A stretch of 64,000 bases of DNA from Ruditapes philippinarum (lineage: Eukaryota): assembly GCF_026571515.1 (NCBI RefSeq), contig NW_026867385.1:62001-126000 (forward strand). Direction: 5' to 3'. This document shows, piece by piece, positions 22,431 to 34,217 of this stretch. A program made the translations under genes and the position numbers. Positions within the stretch are counted from its first letter, which is position 1. The number at the start of each line of letters is the position of its first letter. The notes below the pieces were generated by a model that did not search any database, had not been told where the DNA came from, and saw only the letters and a program-made list of their open reading frames with translations.

Positions 22431-23579
22431 TAATTATTTTAAAGTATATTTTTGGTAAGTGGGGTTTAGTCCCTCCTTCCCCACTTTACAAACATAAAGT
22501 ATTTTTATTTAAAAAAGTATAAATTTCATTTAAGTTGTAACTTGCAGTTAAGGTGCTTTTCTAAAACATTCACTTCAGGCATGGAATATATATTTATTCT
22601 TTGTCAAGTCTACAAGGGTACATAAATAATTACATTAATTTGTGCTTTAATTAACAGTTGTGACCCTTTTATTTCTATCACATTATGTTTAGTTTTATGT
22701 TTCTCACAGACAAGTTATAACTTATAGTTCTGCACACCATGCTTGGAAATCTCTGTCAAAATTTTGCTTTGAGATTAAAGTGTTGGCCTTTCAACTAAGG
22801 AAACATGAGTTTAAATCAGCACACTACATATTACTCCAGATTGGTCTTAAAAGTTTTTTTTTGAAATCTCAAAAATTTTATCAATGAATGAAAATTGAAA
22901 ATGTTGTCAAGTTTACCGAGTTTACAGATTAATTTATTTTATCTGCTTAAATATCTTAAAAGTACACAAGTTACTTGTAGCTGTTGTATTAGTTTTCAAA
23001 ATGCTCACACATTTCTTTTTACTAAATAGAGAAATTGTGGTGTTAAAAGACATTAAATTCTGTCATATTTCATATAGTACACCACTAATGTGAATATTTA
23101 AACATTTCTGAAGTCAAAATTATTTTTCTGAAATAGATTTTTCAGTAACTTATTTTACTGATCTGGAGGTGTGCCACATTGGTCAGGATAATGTTTCCTC
23201 ATTTATACTAGTTTAACTTTTTGGTAATCCCAGGAAACAGACTTATACGTGTTTAATGTTTCATCAAACACCAATAAAATATTTTTGAACAGCCCTCAGA
23301 ATGAGACAAATTTCAAAAGTGCAAACATTCAATTTGGCACAGTTTATATGCTCCTTGTTTTAGCTTTAAAACTTTTTAGAACTTGAATGTTATTGGCAAG
23401 TCCATTATTAGAGACATGTAAGCAAAGATATTTTCTCCTGTCATGGAAAAAGTAGTTTCACGCTTGATTCCTGCATGCTATCCGTTGAAAAGTTGAACAG
23501 GCCGTCTATGTTAACTCTTGTTTACATCATGTACATGTAGAATATAATTTATACTTGACATTTGTTATAGAAGACATTA

Positions 23580-23820
23580 TTTGATCCGTGTCACGATAAA
23601 ACCAACATAATGGGTTTGCGACCCGCATGGATTTAGACCAGCCTGCGCATCCGCGCAGTCTGATCAGTATCCATGCTGTTCGCTATCAGTTTCTCTTCGT
23701 ATTATAGATTTTGTAAGCGAACAGCATGGATCCTGATCAGACTGCGCGGATGCGCAGGCTGGTCTGGATCCATGCTGGTCACAAACCAATTATGTTGGTT
23801 TTGTCATGACACGGCTCATT
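23580..23820. mobile_element. Fold-back (palindromic) MITE, about 240 bp
   Basis: Arms of about 105 bp are near-perfect reverse complements (gaccagcctgcgcatccgcgcagtctgatcag / ctgatcagactgcgcggatgcgcaggctggtc) around a spacer of about 30 bp. Confidence 0.85.
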
Positions 23821-24114
23821 TATAGATTTATGCACATTAGAAGCTGATGCGCATGTAAATATCATTTTTACCTGCTGCTATCACAATCATCATTCTATGT
23901 AGTTTCCGCAAGTGTATAAATATTTCATCACTTTTTTGTAGCTTTTTGCTGATTTTTTTTAAAAAAAATTCAATACAAAGGGCATTGAAAATATATTAAA
24001 TGTGATAAAGAATTGAATCAAGTTTAAAGGTATATTAAACCAATCTGTTTAATAGATAATCAGATAATTATCTTATTTTCAGAAACTTATCATGTTAAAC
24101 TTTGTCTCATGTGT

Positions 24115-24355
24115 GTTAACCAACTTGAAACCTTAGCCTGCTGGATGCATGTGATTCTACACTGTTACCAGTCCGTGCAGATCAAGATCATCCAGTTTAT
24201 CTGTGCCATCTGATCATGGTCTGCACTATTCTATATTCTATTCTATATTCAGTCAGGACATATTTTGAAAATTTGAAAAACAGAAAGATGAACGGTTTTG
24301 TCCAGATTCTAAGATGGACAATTCCATTTAAGATAGTTAGTTTGGTAAGGGTTAA
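24115..24355. mobile_element. Degenerate TTAA-flanked MITE
   Basis: ttaacc...agggttaa ends; ttagcctgct/tgattctac/caagatca/ctgatcatg blocks shared with 8615-9060. Confidence 0.5.
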
Positions 24356-24399
24356 TATTGTTCATTGTATGCTCTCAGAAATTTGTTTGATGGAGCATA

Positions 24400-25320
24400 A
24401 TAATAGTTACCAGTTTGTCTTCTTTTTGGAGTATATACATGTAGTTTCCTTTTTGCGGCTCTTAGGAGTATAGAGTTACCCGTTTGTCTTCTCTTTGGAT
24501 TATAGAGTTATCAGTTTATCCTCTCTTTGGAGCACACAGTTATCAGTTTATCCTCTCTTTGGAGCATACAGTTACCAGTTTATCCTCTCTTTGGAGCATA
24601 CAGTTACCAGTTGTCCTCTCTTTGGAGTATAGAGTTATCAGTTTATCCTCTCATTGGAATAAGTTACCAGTTTATCCTCTCTTTGAAGTATAGAGTTATC
24701 AGTTTATCTTGTCCTTGGAGTATAGAGTTACCAGTTTATCCTTTCTTTGAAGTATACAGTTATCAGTTAAGCCTATCCTCGGAGTATAGAGTTATCAGTT
24801 TATCCTCTCTTTGGAGTAAGTTACCAGTTTGTCCTCTCTTTGGAGTTATAGAGTTACCAGATTGTCCTCTCTTTGAAGTATAGAGTTATCAGTTTATCCT
24901 CTCTTTGGAGCATACAGTTACCAGTTGTCCTCTCTTTGGAGTATAGAGTTATCAGTTTATCCTCTCTTTGGAGTTACCAGTTATCCTCTCTTTGAAGTAT
25001 AGTTATCAGTCAGTTACCTGTTTATCCTCTCCTTGGAGTATAGAGTTATCAGTTTATCCTCTCTTTGGAGTAAGTTACCAGTTTATCCTCTCTTTGGAGT
25101 ATAGAGTTACCAGTTTATCCTCTCTTTGGAGTATAGAGTTATCAGTTTATCCTCTCTTTGGAGTATAGAGTTACCAGTTTATCCTCTCTTTGGAGTATAG
25201 AGTTACCAGTTTATCCTCTCTTTGGAGTATAGAGTTATCAGTTTATCCTCTCTTCAGAGTAAGTTACCAGTTTGTCCTCTCTTTGAAGTATAGAGTTATC
25301 GGATTGTCCTCACTTGTCAT
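24400..25320. repeat. 32-bp minisatellite (ggagtatagagttaYcagtttatcctctcttt), about 28 copies
   Basis: Directly visible tandem array with 28-32 bp variants. Confidence 0.95.
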
Positions 25321-26151
25321 GTCAAACAAACTGATTCACACACCTTTATGTATTGACCAGTATCTTAGATATTTGTAATGTTGGTAACTTCATATACTTC
25401 TACTATTGGTTTGGGTTTTTGCTTGATGGGGTCATTGTAAAGGTCACTAAGGCTAAAAATAGATTTTCTTCTTTTTTATCATCAGGCAAACTTTATGCTA
25501 AGGCAGTTACATCATGGAGCATTTGTCAGTATTATTGATATGCTTGATTTACTCTGAAAACTGAATTTATACTACATGTATTATAATAATATAAATGTTA
25601 AATACATGTATGGTTATTTTTAATTTGTAGCACAATAGGTTTTGAAGTACATGAGATTTAAATATGAATATTATTATTGTATGATCTAGTCATATGTTAT
25701 ATTTTGGTAATTATTTTAAGAGGAAGTTAATCTAAGAGTTTTAATTAAGTCTTTTATACATTTGTATTGTAGGAATAACTGTGACATTATTTTGAATTGG
25801 TTTTCTACATATTTTGCATTATTTCATTTGATCTTAAATCATTAATTTATTGTCTTTTACAAATGTAGTTGAAATTCAGTATTTTTCTTTACTAGTAATG
25901 AACTAATTTCTGGTAAAATTTTGTAATAGACTTTGTCCAACAAAAAACAAGCAACTAAATTATAATGGTGGCATAGACAATTCATTATTGACATTATGAC
26001 ACTTACATATTCAGACAGTAATCCAGTCAGTTTTCTAAAGTTAATGGTTCTAATATTTTGTGAAGGAACACAGTTTCACACAACTGGGCTTAAACTCATT
26101 AATTTTGAGCCTAGATTCAAATATTATATACCTTCAACATTAGACCTAAGC

Positions 26152-26512
26152 TTAAAGGCGCATGCCCACAGATGAGCCAAACATTTCAAGAAAATAAACC
26201 AAAAATGTACTATTAGATTTCAAGAAAAGTAAAATGATTTACAATTCAAGTAATAATTGACATGTTACATGCAATGAATGACTATGAACTCTTGCCATAT
26301 TTATTACCATATTTCTTTTGCATGACAAAATGATTGAAGGGCTATTTTGGCATATTTTGACATTTTATTTTGTAATTTATATTGATTAAAAGTGTGGTTT
26401 GCAATGTGTTAAAATTTCTTTCTTTCTTTATATGAAATTTTCAAACATTTTTTATACAATTTCAAGATTTTCATGAAAATTAGTGTGGATCTGGAGGCAT
26501 GCTGCTTAAAGC
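26152..26512. mobile_element. TTAA-flanked MITE (Kolobok-like ends); relatives at about 47800-48103, 49835 and 60612
   Basis: Imperfect TIR ttaaaggcgcatgcccacagat / atctggaggcatgctgcttaa; internal atttcaagaaaa and ttcaagtaataatt blocks shared with copies in the array. Confidence 0.6.
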
Positions 26513-26984
26513 AGCTTTAAAAGAGAAAATATAGTAAGAACTAAGAATTTAAAGTTATTAAAACTCAGATGAGACTTTCAAATTTAAATATACAACAAAA
26601 ACAACAATTTACATGTACTTAATTGATTTCTTATTGCACACTTTTGTTCAGTTTGCTGTTTTGTTTAGTTTTTGTTTGTTTTTCACATTGAGTCTTTTAT
26701 CATTGTTTTATAAAGTACGGAAGCAAATATCAATGTTTTACCATTATTGTACATTGGTTTAAGCTGAAGTATTTTCAAGACATTGCTGTCTGTATTTCAT
26801 ATCCATCTTGAGGGTTTTAAGACCTTTAAACATGTCAGTATTATTTATGGCATTGCTATGAAAGTCAGAGATATAAGGTCATTGATACATTTAATATTAC
26901 GACTTTTCCATGGTTTCACATTATGTTTATGTCAGACTGACTGTATTTTTTACTGTGTTTAATTGTGTTGCCAGTTGCTGTACC

Positions 26985-27082
26985 AGTGTGACCATACCAC
27001 ATTGTATGTGACATCATTTTAACCATGTGTGACATCATCTTAAACCTGTGTGACATCACTTTCACCCTATGTGACATCATTG
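26985..27082. repeat. 21-bp tandem repeat with core tgtgacatca, 4-5 copies
   Basis: tgtgacatca recurs at 21 bp spacing. Confidence 0.8.
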
Positions 27083-27629
27083 TAAATTGTTTGCTGCTGA
27101 GGAGACTGGTATACCCATTTTACTTAGAATAATATGTATTTTGACAACAAGATAGGAACACCTGAGTACCTAGCTGTTATTTGGATATGAAATTATCTAT
27201 TTGATTTGTTTACTTGCAATTATTACTTGTATCATATTTTCTTACAGTTTGTGAAATGGATGTCATATACCATATGATGTGGGCACACTGTCTATACATG
27301 TACATGTATGTGTAGATTAAGATCTGTTCAATTGTCTGAAAATTGTATACTTTCATTAAGATAGGTGTTATATAAATGTTGTCCTAGCAAAGGCTATATA
27401 AGATATATAAAAAATGTATTTATTTCCTTTTAATAATGTCCAGAACCGTCAAATGCTGATTCTTAAATGTCCTTGCAAAGAAATTAAATTATTACATGAT
27501 TTCGCAGTATAACAATAAATCTAAATTTAATATCATATTGATTATTTAGCCATGATATATCCTACTTATTTTACATATTTTGCATTTAGATTTTTCTATT
27601 TCTGTAGATGATATTTACTATTATATTAA

Positions 27630-28290
27630 TTAAGTAAAAAGCTGTTAATTTCTTGTCTTCTATGGATTAAATGTTGGCTAGATAAGATAATAAATAAAAG
27701 CTGTTATGTTGTTGTGTTTAGAAAAGATAAAATATCTGTTAAGTTGTTGTCTAATGTAATAAGGTTTTAAATTGATAAACAAAGCTGTTAAGTTGTCTGG
27801 TTTATTAAGGTTTAGAAAAATAAAGAGCAGCTATTTAGTTTAGTTTTGTCTAACATATTAAGATTGAAAAATGATAAAATATTTGTTAAGTTGTTGTCTG
27901 ATGTATATATATTAAGGTTTAAAAAAATAAAAACAGTTATTAAGTTATTGTCTAATGTATTAAGGTTTTAAAGAAAAAAAATGAAAAAAATCTATTAAGT
28001 TGTTGTTTGATGTATTAAGGTTTAAAAAAAAGATAAAAATAGCTGTTAAGTTGTTGTCTGCTGTATTAAGGTTTAAAAAAGATAAAAGTAGCTTTTAAGT
28101 TGTTGTTTGGTGTGTTAGGGTTTAAAAAAGATAAAACAGCTATAAAGTTATTATATGATATATTAAGGTTAAAAAGAAAAGAAAAAAAAGCTGTTAAGTT
28201 GTTGAATAATGTATGAAGATTTAAGATAGTTAAAGAAAGCTGTTAAGTTGTGTTCTGGTGCAGAACGGTTGAAAAAATAATAGAAATATA
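27630..28290. repeat. Degenerate minisatellite of about 52-57 bp (aaagctgttaagttgttgtctgatgtattaaggtttaaaaaa)
   Basis: About 12 diverged tandem units. Confidence 0.8.
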
Positions 28291-30199
28291 GATAAAATAA
28301 TAATAAAATGTTGATGTAAAGTGCATCATCTTTCAACAGGGAAGAAAAAGAATGTAGATTCTTCCAAGTTTTTCTTAATACATTGTAACATACATGTATG
28401 GAATAAATTACATGTTAGGAAGACAGGGTTTAATTCATATTTCGTTACCATGTTTCAACTTTCAAAAACTTTATTATCCAATATAAAGTTTGTCGTACAT
28501 TTATTAATTAAAAATCTTTTTTTATAACCTAAAAAGTGCCAGATTTGTATATGGATGGATTTGTCTTGCCTTGAATTTTAAACTTTCCATAACTTGTTAA
28601 GAGCGAATTTAAGTTAAAAATTTTCCTAAATTTATGCATCCAACTGGGTGGATGTTAATAGAACAGCCAAAAAATGCATGTTGATATGACTAAACATTTT
28701 TCTAGTGATTTAAGCTTAATCGTATATGCTATTAATATTAATTTTTATCACTAGAACAAACCAGTAACGATTTTGCCCACTTAGCTCAATAAGGAGAGCA
28801 TCTGTTTTGTAATCTGGGTGTCCTCTGGTTCCATTGGTGACCCTGATTCAATCCTCGGACATAGCGTTTTTTTTCTAATGTTTCCTTAGTCATGCAGAAC
28901 TCAGAGACAACCGATTCGTAAAACATGGGGACATGTAGTTAGTCAAGACTCAATACTATTCGTAGCTAATTTTTTTGGTATTTTAATATTGAAATTCCTG
29001 AAACATTTAATGGACTATTTCAAGTTCAAAGCTGGTACAATCAATTATACAAACTTTGAAGGTTAAGAAATAAAGTCAGAATGAACAGATCTTCGATTCA
29101 AAGTATGACAAATTTATTTTAATTTTACAAATTTAGCAGGATAATGATAAAATTATGTACATTATTATTATCACCATAATTTGTGATGGTGCTCTTTTGT
29201 ACTCTTGCCAGACCTTTTTTTTTATATTTTTTTTCACTTTATTCTGAATTAGAACTGGCAAGAATGAAATCAGATTTCAGTGTGTGTGAAATATCGTATT
29301 GTTTCAATTTAACGCCCCTTGGGACTTGCATTTTTCCAAAAGAGGTTTAAAAATGTGCTTCAAAATATGTTTATTAATTAAAGATTCCAATTCAGTTATA
29401 AAACACAGGATTATTTTTTTTATTATGATTTTACATTTCTGGAGTGTCAATTATATTTTTTAGATAAAAATATTTGGATTTTTTTTGGATTACTCTTTCA
29501 TTATGGATTATAAATCTCTAAGGTAGGTAAGATTTTTGTCTTCTACAAAATGTGATGGGTGGTGCTAAATGGAAACAATATGGTACATGTACTTAATGAT
29601 TGTTGTGTGTGTGGTGTGTGTTCACATTATGTGGTGCAGCTGACAAAGAACCAAAGGTTCACAGTGTGCTTTTAGGATAGGTTGATAGTTCATTATAAGA
29701 AAATTTACTCTCGAATTCATCTTTTACTGAGAAACTGGAAGTTTTAAAAATTACTTTTTTCTTCTTTTTTTTTTTCACAATTCATACCTTTAAAAATTAT
29801 GTAACCAATGAAATTCTAGTATTTGCATCATGTGATCTCTCAATATAAATCGTTATTTACAATTGGATCCAATCTTTATCAATTAAGCCTCACTGTCATT
29901 TGTCCAAAAATGCATTACTCATCAAGGTACAAACTAACAAACTATTCCATTTATTACCCACTCTCCTCCCCCCCCCACCACCCACCCCCCCCCCAAAAAA
30001 AAAAATGAGTCATGATTAGAAAACATGACCATGTGGTTTCAAGAATCTCAGTATTTTGTTTAGGTCTAGCTGCCTTGTAAACTAAAAGAAGGAGTTTCCT
30101 AAGAAATTTCTCAAAAATGTTCATATAAAAATTGCCAACAAATTGTTAAAATGACCAACATACTCTTGCTATCTTACCATACAGTAGATGTATTTTGGT

Positions 30200-30410
30200 T
30201 AATATAGAATTTATTTAAATTTGTTTGTGTAGAAAGCTATAAGCATATAAACACACTTTCAAAATCTGTTCCTGGATTCAACCAGTACTTAGCAGTGAGT
30301 GTAAAGTTTCTTGCTCAAGGAAACAACTTGTCCCTGACAGATTTGAACCCATGGGCTAACACTCATTAGATTGCTAGTTTGACGCATTAACCACTGGACC
30401 GTGCCCTCAT
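30200..30410 (-). mobile_element. tRNA-derived SINE (family B), near full length
   Basis: Minus strand: A-box-like cggtccagtggttaa, B-box ggttcaaatc, then tccttgagcaagaaactttacactcactgctaagtactggttgaatccaggaac. Confidence 0.7.
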
Positions 30411-33400
30411 TGTATCTTCATTAAACTTTTGTCAAAGTGTCATTTTAATTAGGGGGGTTGACTTAATGACTTATGACCACTGTGGTGCTCTGGTTTTATT
30501 TGATATATGAGTTTTGTTTTTGTTTTTTGTTTGCATCACTGTGTTGTCCCTATTTCACATATTTATGAACAAATGATCATTAATTATAATATTTTGGTAA
30601 ATAAGTTACAGACATAATTTTTTTTATTCATTTCAAACATTTATTGTAACTGAATGGAATTTCAACAACTTGAAATTTAATCAGTGAAGAAAAAAGATAT
30701 GTTCTTTATTAGGACATATTTTGATGGTTGAAATAATTAATGATACTGGTCTACTAATTTATAGTTGGTACATGTACATGTTTATATCAAAATATGGTTG
30801 ATGGTGTCAAAATTGTAGTTTTAAACAAAACTTGTCAAAATTATCACAGACTTTTTAATCATGGACTTTTTTATACATGCTATTGTCTATATATCTAGGT
30901 GGAAATGTCTTTATACGATTAAGTCAGGTCAACCTTTTTCTGCTGAAATGAACTTGTCTAGCCTCCATTAATAGGGCAGTCTATTGTCACTTTTAGGGAT
31001 ATAGAGATGAAAATTTGATGTTGGTCAGCTGATTAAAAAGAGCATGGTCAGCTTGCACCTTATCTTGCTCTATAATGTTGCAAAGGGTGTCAACTTCCTA
31101 ATACGCTGTCAACTTCCTATTATACTGTCAACTGCTTATTATACTGTCAAGTTTCTATCAAACTGTCAACTTCCTGTACTGTGCTGCAGGTCCAAGTTTT
31201 TCAATTGTTCACATGTTTTGTTTGTTCATGTTTATGAAATTGTGTTAACTTATTTTAAAGAGAATAAACACCATATTTATGAATTTGTTTAATAAAATTT
31301 AGTAAAAGAAAGCAAGTATATTATTATTAATGTCCTTAAAAATTATATTTCCTGGGCCATATGTTGTGTATATTTATATTACACATTTTGAAGTGTATTC
31401 ATGATTATACATTTTCATGGATTATACATTGCCATCCTGTTGACTTGGATATCCCTGCTGTAAAATATTTTGGCAGAATTTACCCATGTGACATCTGAAC
31501 TGTTCCCTATTCAGTGTGTAAATATTTTGATATTTTACCAGAATATGATAACAGACAAGATCGAAGAGTCTTTTGAAGCATGATTATAATTTATCAGTGT
31601 AAGAACGCAATATAACATAACATGATTTGTACAGAAAAGCCAATTTATTAATTTTGATATGTTTTTTATGATCTGATACATTAAATTTTATGTCTCGCCT
31701 AAAAAAAATGAAAAAGTTCCGAAAATACAAAATCGGGATATTTGAAATTAGTCCCTCCAAATTTCTTTTTGGGACGAGAAAAATGTTTAAATTGGTTTTT
31801 TGCAACTTTTTAAAACCCTCACGTTTTTCCCCCTTGGGGAAACCCAAAATTTACAAAGGGGAGAACAAAACTCAGCTTGACCGGGGCTATATAGTTACCC
31901 GGGGCGCTTGGAATTTCCCTATCGCCCTCCCCTTTCCGACTGAGTTCCGGCCCCTTACGCACTATTCCCCCAAATTTGTGAAAGTTCTGAAACCCTGACA
32001 ACCCCATGGGCCCTTATTGTGGGTTTTTTGCAAAAATCTGTAGCACCCTATTTAAAAAAATGAGTAAAGCTGTTTTTTGGGATGGATTTTTTTTTTCAAA
32101 GTTTAATTTTACGAGTCGCAATTCTCTTTTAAAATTTTTTTGTTTATTTTTTTGCTTTTTGGGGGGATCATTTATACTTCCAAGGGAAAATTAATGAAGG
32201 TAGCGTGCATCGTATAAAGCAGAGTTGCTTCCCTTTTTCTCAATTTTGTATTTTTAAGTTTTCAATTTTTCGGGCCTATCAGTGTATTTATATTTTTAAC
32301 CATTTTTTCCCAAATGGGTTCAAAAAGGGACTAGGCCCAAAGGTCGCTACCTTTTCGATTTTTCAATTCCCTTCCCCTAAAAGATTGTTTTTGATGCGTT
32401 AAGCTTAAAATTTGATTTGACACCAAAAATTTCCCAATTTGCCAAGAAAAAACCAAAATTTCATAAAAAAAATTTTGAAATATAAATATTTTTTGTAAAA
32501 AATTATTTCGTTTGAATTTGGTTTCCCAAAAACATCATTTTAAGGGGTTGAAAAAGGCCCGGGAAGAGGTTTTGAAATGTTAATTTTAGGTTTTTTTTTT
32601 TTAAAAAAAATAAAAAATTTAAAGACTCCGAACTTATCAAAAAGAAAACTCCCGGAAAAAAAACAATCAAAAGCCCGTGCGCCATTTTGCATGGAGTTTA
32701 AGGTAAAGTTTCGTGCATGTGCATTAAGGCTATAAGATTTTTTACTCTTTACAAATTTCAAGAGAATTGGGAAATATGACCATTATATAAAAACGCCCAA
32801 AATTTACCTTTTAACTGGGGGCCGATAAATTTTGTTTAAAAAATTCCCTTAAAATCGTTTCTGCTTCAATAATTTTAAATTTTCTTTCAGTAATTTTCAG
32901 ACAAATTTAAAAATACACTGGGATATTATAGGGAAAAGTAATAAACTTTTTCAATTGTATTAAATTGGCATTAGTAGATGAAATGTCAAGATCAGAGTGA
33001 GAACTCTTTTTTTAAATAATTATTATAATAACGTCTGCCTGTATCAGTGAAGATATATCTCAAGCACTTGTATAAGAAGAACCAGCTCAGCCAGCCCGCT
33101 TAGCTATAGGGAGAGCATCGAAATTGAAATCAAGGGGTCGCTGCGAAAATTCCGAGATTTTATCTAATATACATGTACCATTTTTCAGCTTTACTGGTGG
33201 AGGAAGACGTCAGGTTTGCCTTCTTGCCTTATTTCAAGCACGAACAAGCATCTGTGTAGAGCCATCGACGACCCGTATGCTTTCTGGATAGCTTCCTCGC
33301 ATGAAAATGAAATAATGTAATTTTGATTTGATTTAACATGTTTAACAAAATTAATTATTTGAAAATATTTTATTTGTTCAAACATTACAAACAATTGCTT

Positions 33401-34181
33401 ATAATATTTACAGCGGACAATTGGACACGTATGACTGACTATACTTGTATAACATTCATGCTTGTGTGCGTTTGTGGATAGGTGGGTGGGTGTCTGCGTG
33501 CCTGCCAGTCTGCATATATATGCGTGTATTCCTGCATCTTGCGTATATCTAGTAAATATTATACGAGTGATAAATATAAAAAAATTCCCTGAAATATTAA
33601 AGCGGATTTTATTTTTAATCGATCATAAATGAACACGCAAGTGAGTCAGACGGGGTGTTGTTTCACGCGCACGCACAAATTACACGCTACATGTTATAGT
33701 ATCCATCCTTATGAAATGTTTTTGAAAGTGTGTTCTTAAAATTTATCTATAACAACCTTCTTGCCCTTATCATTGATAGACATGTGTTAAAAGTGCATGC
33801 CAATTCTAGAGCTCTCAACCAATAAAATGGGTCTTAACGGGTAATTTCATTTGACAGTATTTTAACTCGAGCGTATTGATACTACAACAGCTGTCTTAAC
33901 GCTGTAAAGCGCACAACAAAATATATGCACAATCATTCATGAAAACAGTGTTAGGAGAAAACTCCAATAGTTATCTTACAGTTCACATTTCTAGGCAAAG
34001 TAATTATGAGATTGTAATTACATTCCGTAGTCTGTCTCAACCAATTTGAAGAGCAATATTCCTTGAAATGAGCCCAGATGCATATCCCATAGGATGTGAC
34101 CTTTAAGACACGAATCAAGACAATGTCCTTACACTTCTCTTAATCAGTTTGACTTTTCAGTAAGGTTTTGATATCGAACAC

Positions 34182-34217
34182 TGACGTCATTGTGACGTCA
34201 ATGCTGAACTTATAAAA
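34182..34217 (+). promoter_or_regulatory. Putative promoter: two perfect CRE palindromes followed by TATAAAA
   Basis: TGACGTCA at 34182 and 34193, TATAAAA at 34211. TGAGTCA and CCAAT motifs lie within 600 bp upstream. Confidence 0.45.

Noticed and set aside
24484-25378. Repetitive ORFs (SLSSLWSIELSVYPLFG)
   Set aside because: Translation of the 32-bp minisatellite.
28774-28868. tRNA-like sequence (gcccacttagctcaataaggagagc; similar at about 33095)
   Set aside because: No complete cloverleaf or intact B-box; likely decayed SINE heads rather than tRNA genes.
31584-32761. Cluster of F/K/G/P-rich ORFs
   Set aside because: Lies in a homopolymer-inflated low-quality block, where stop codons are depleted artefactually.
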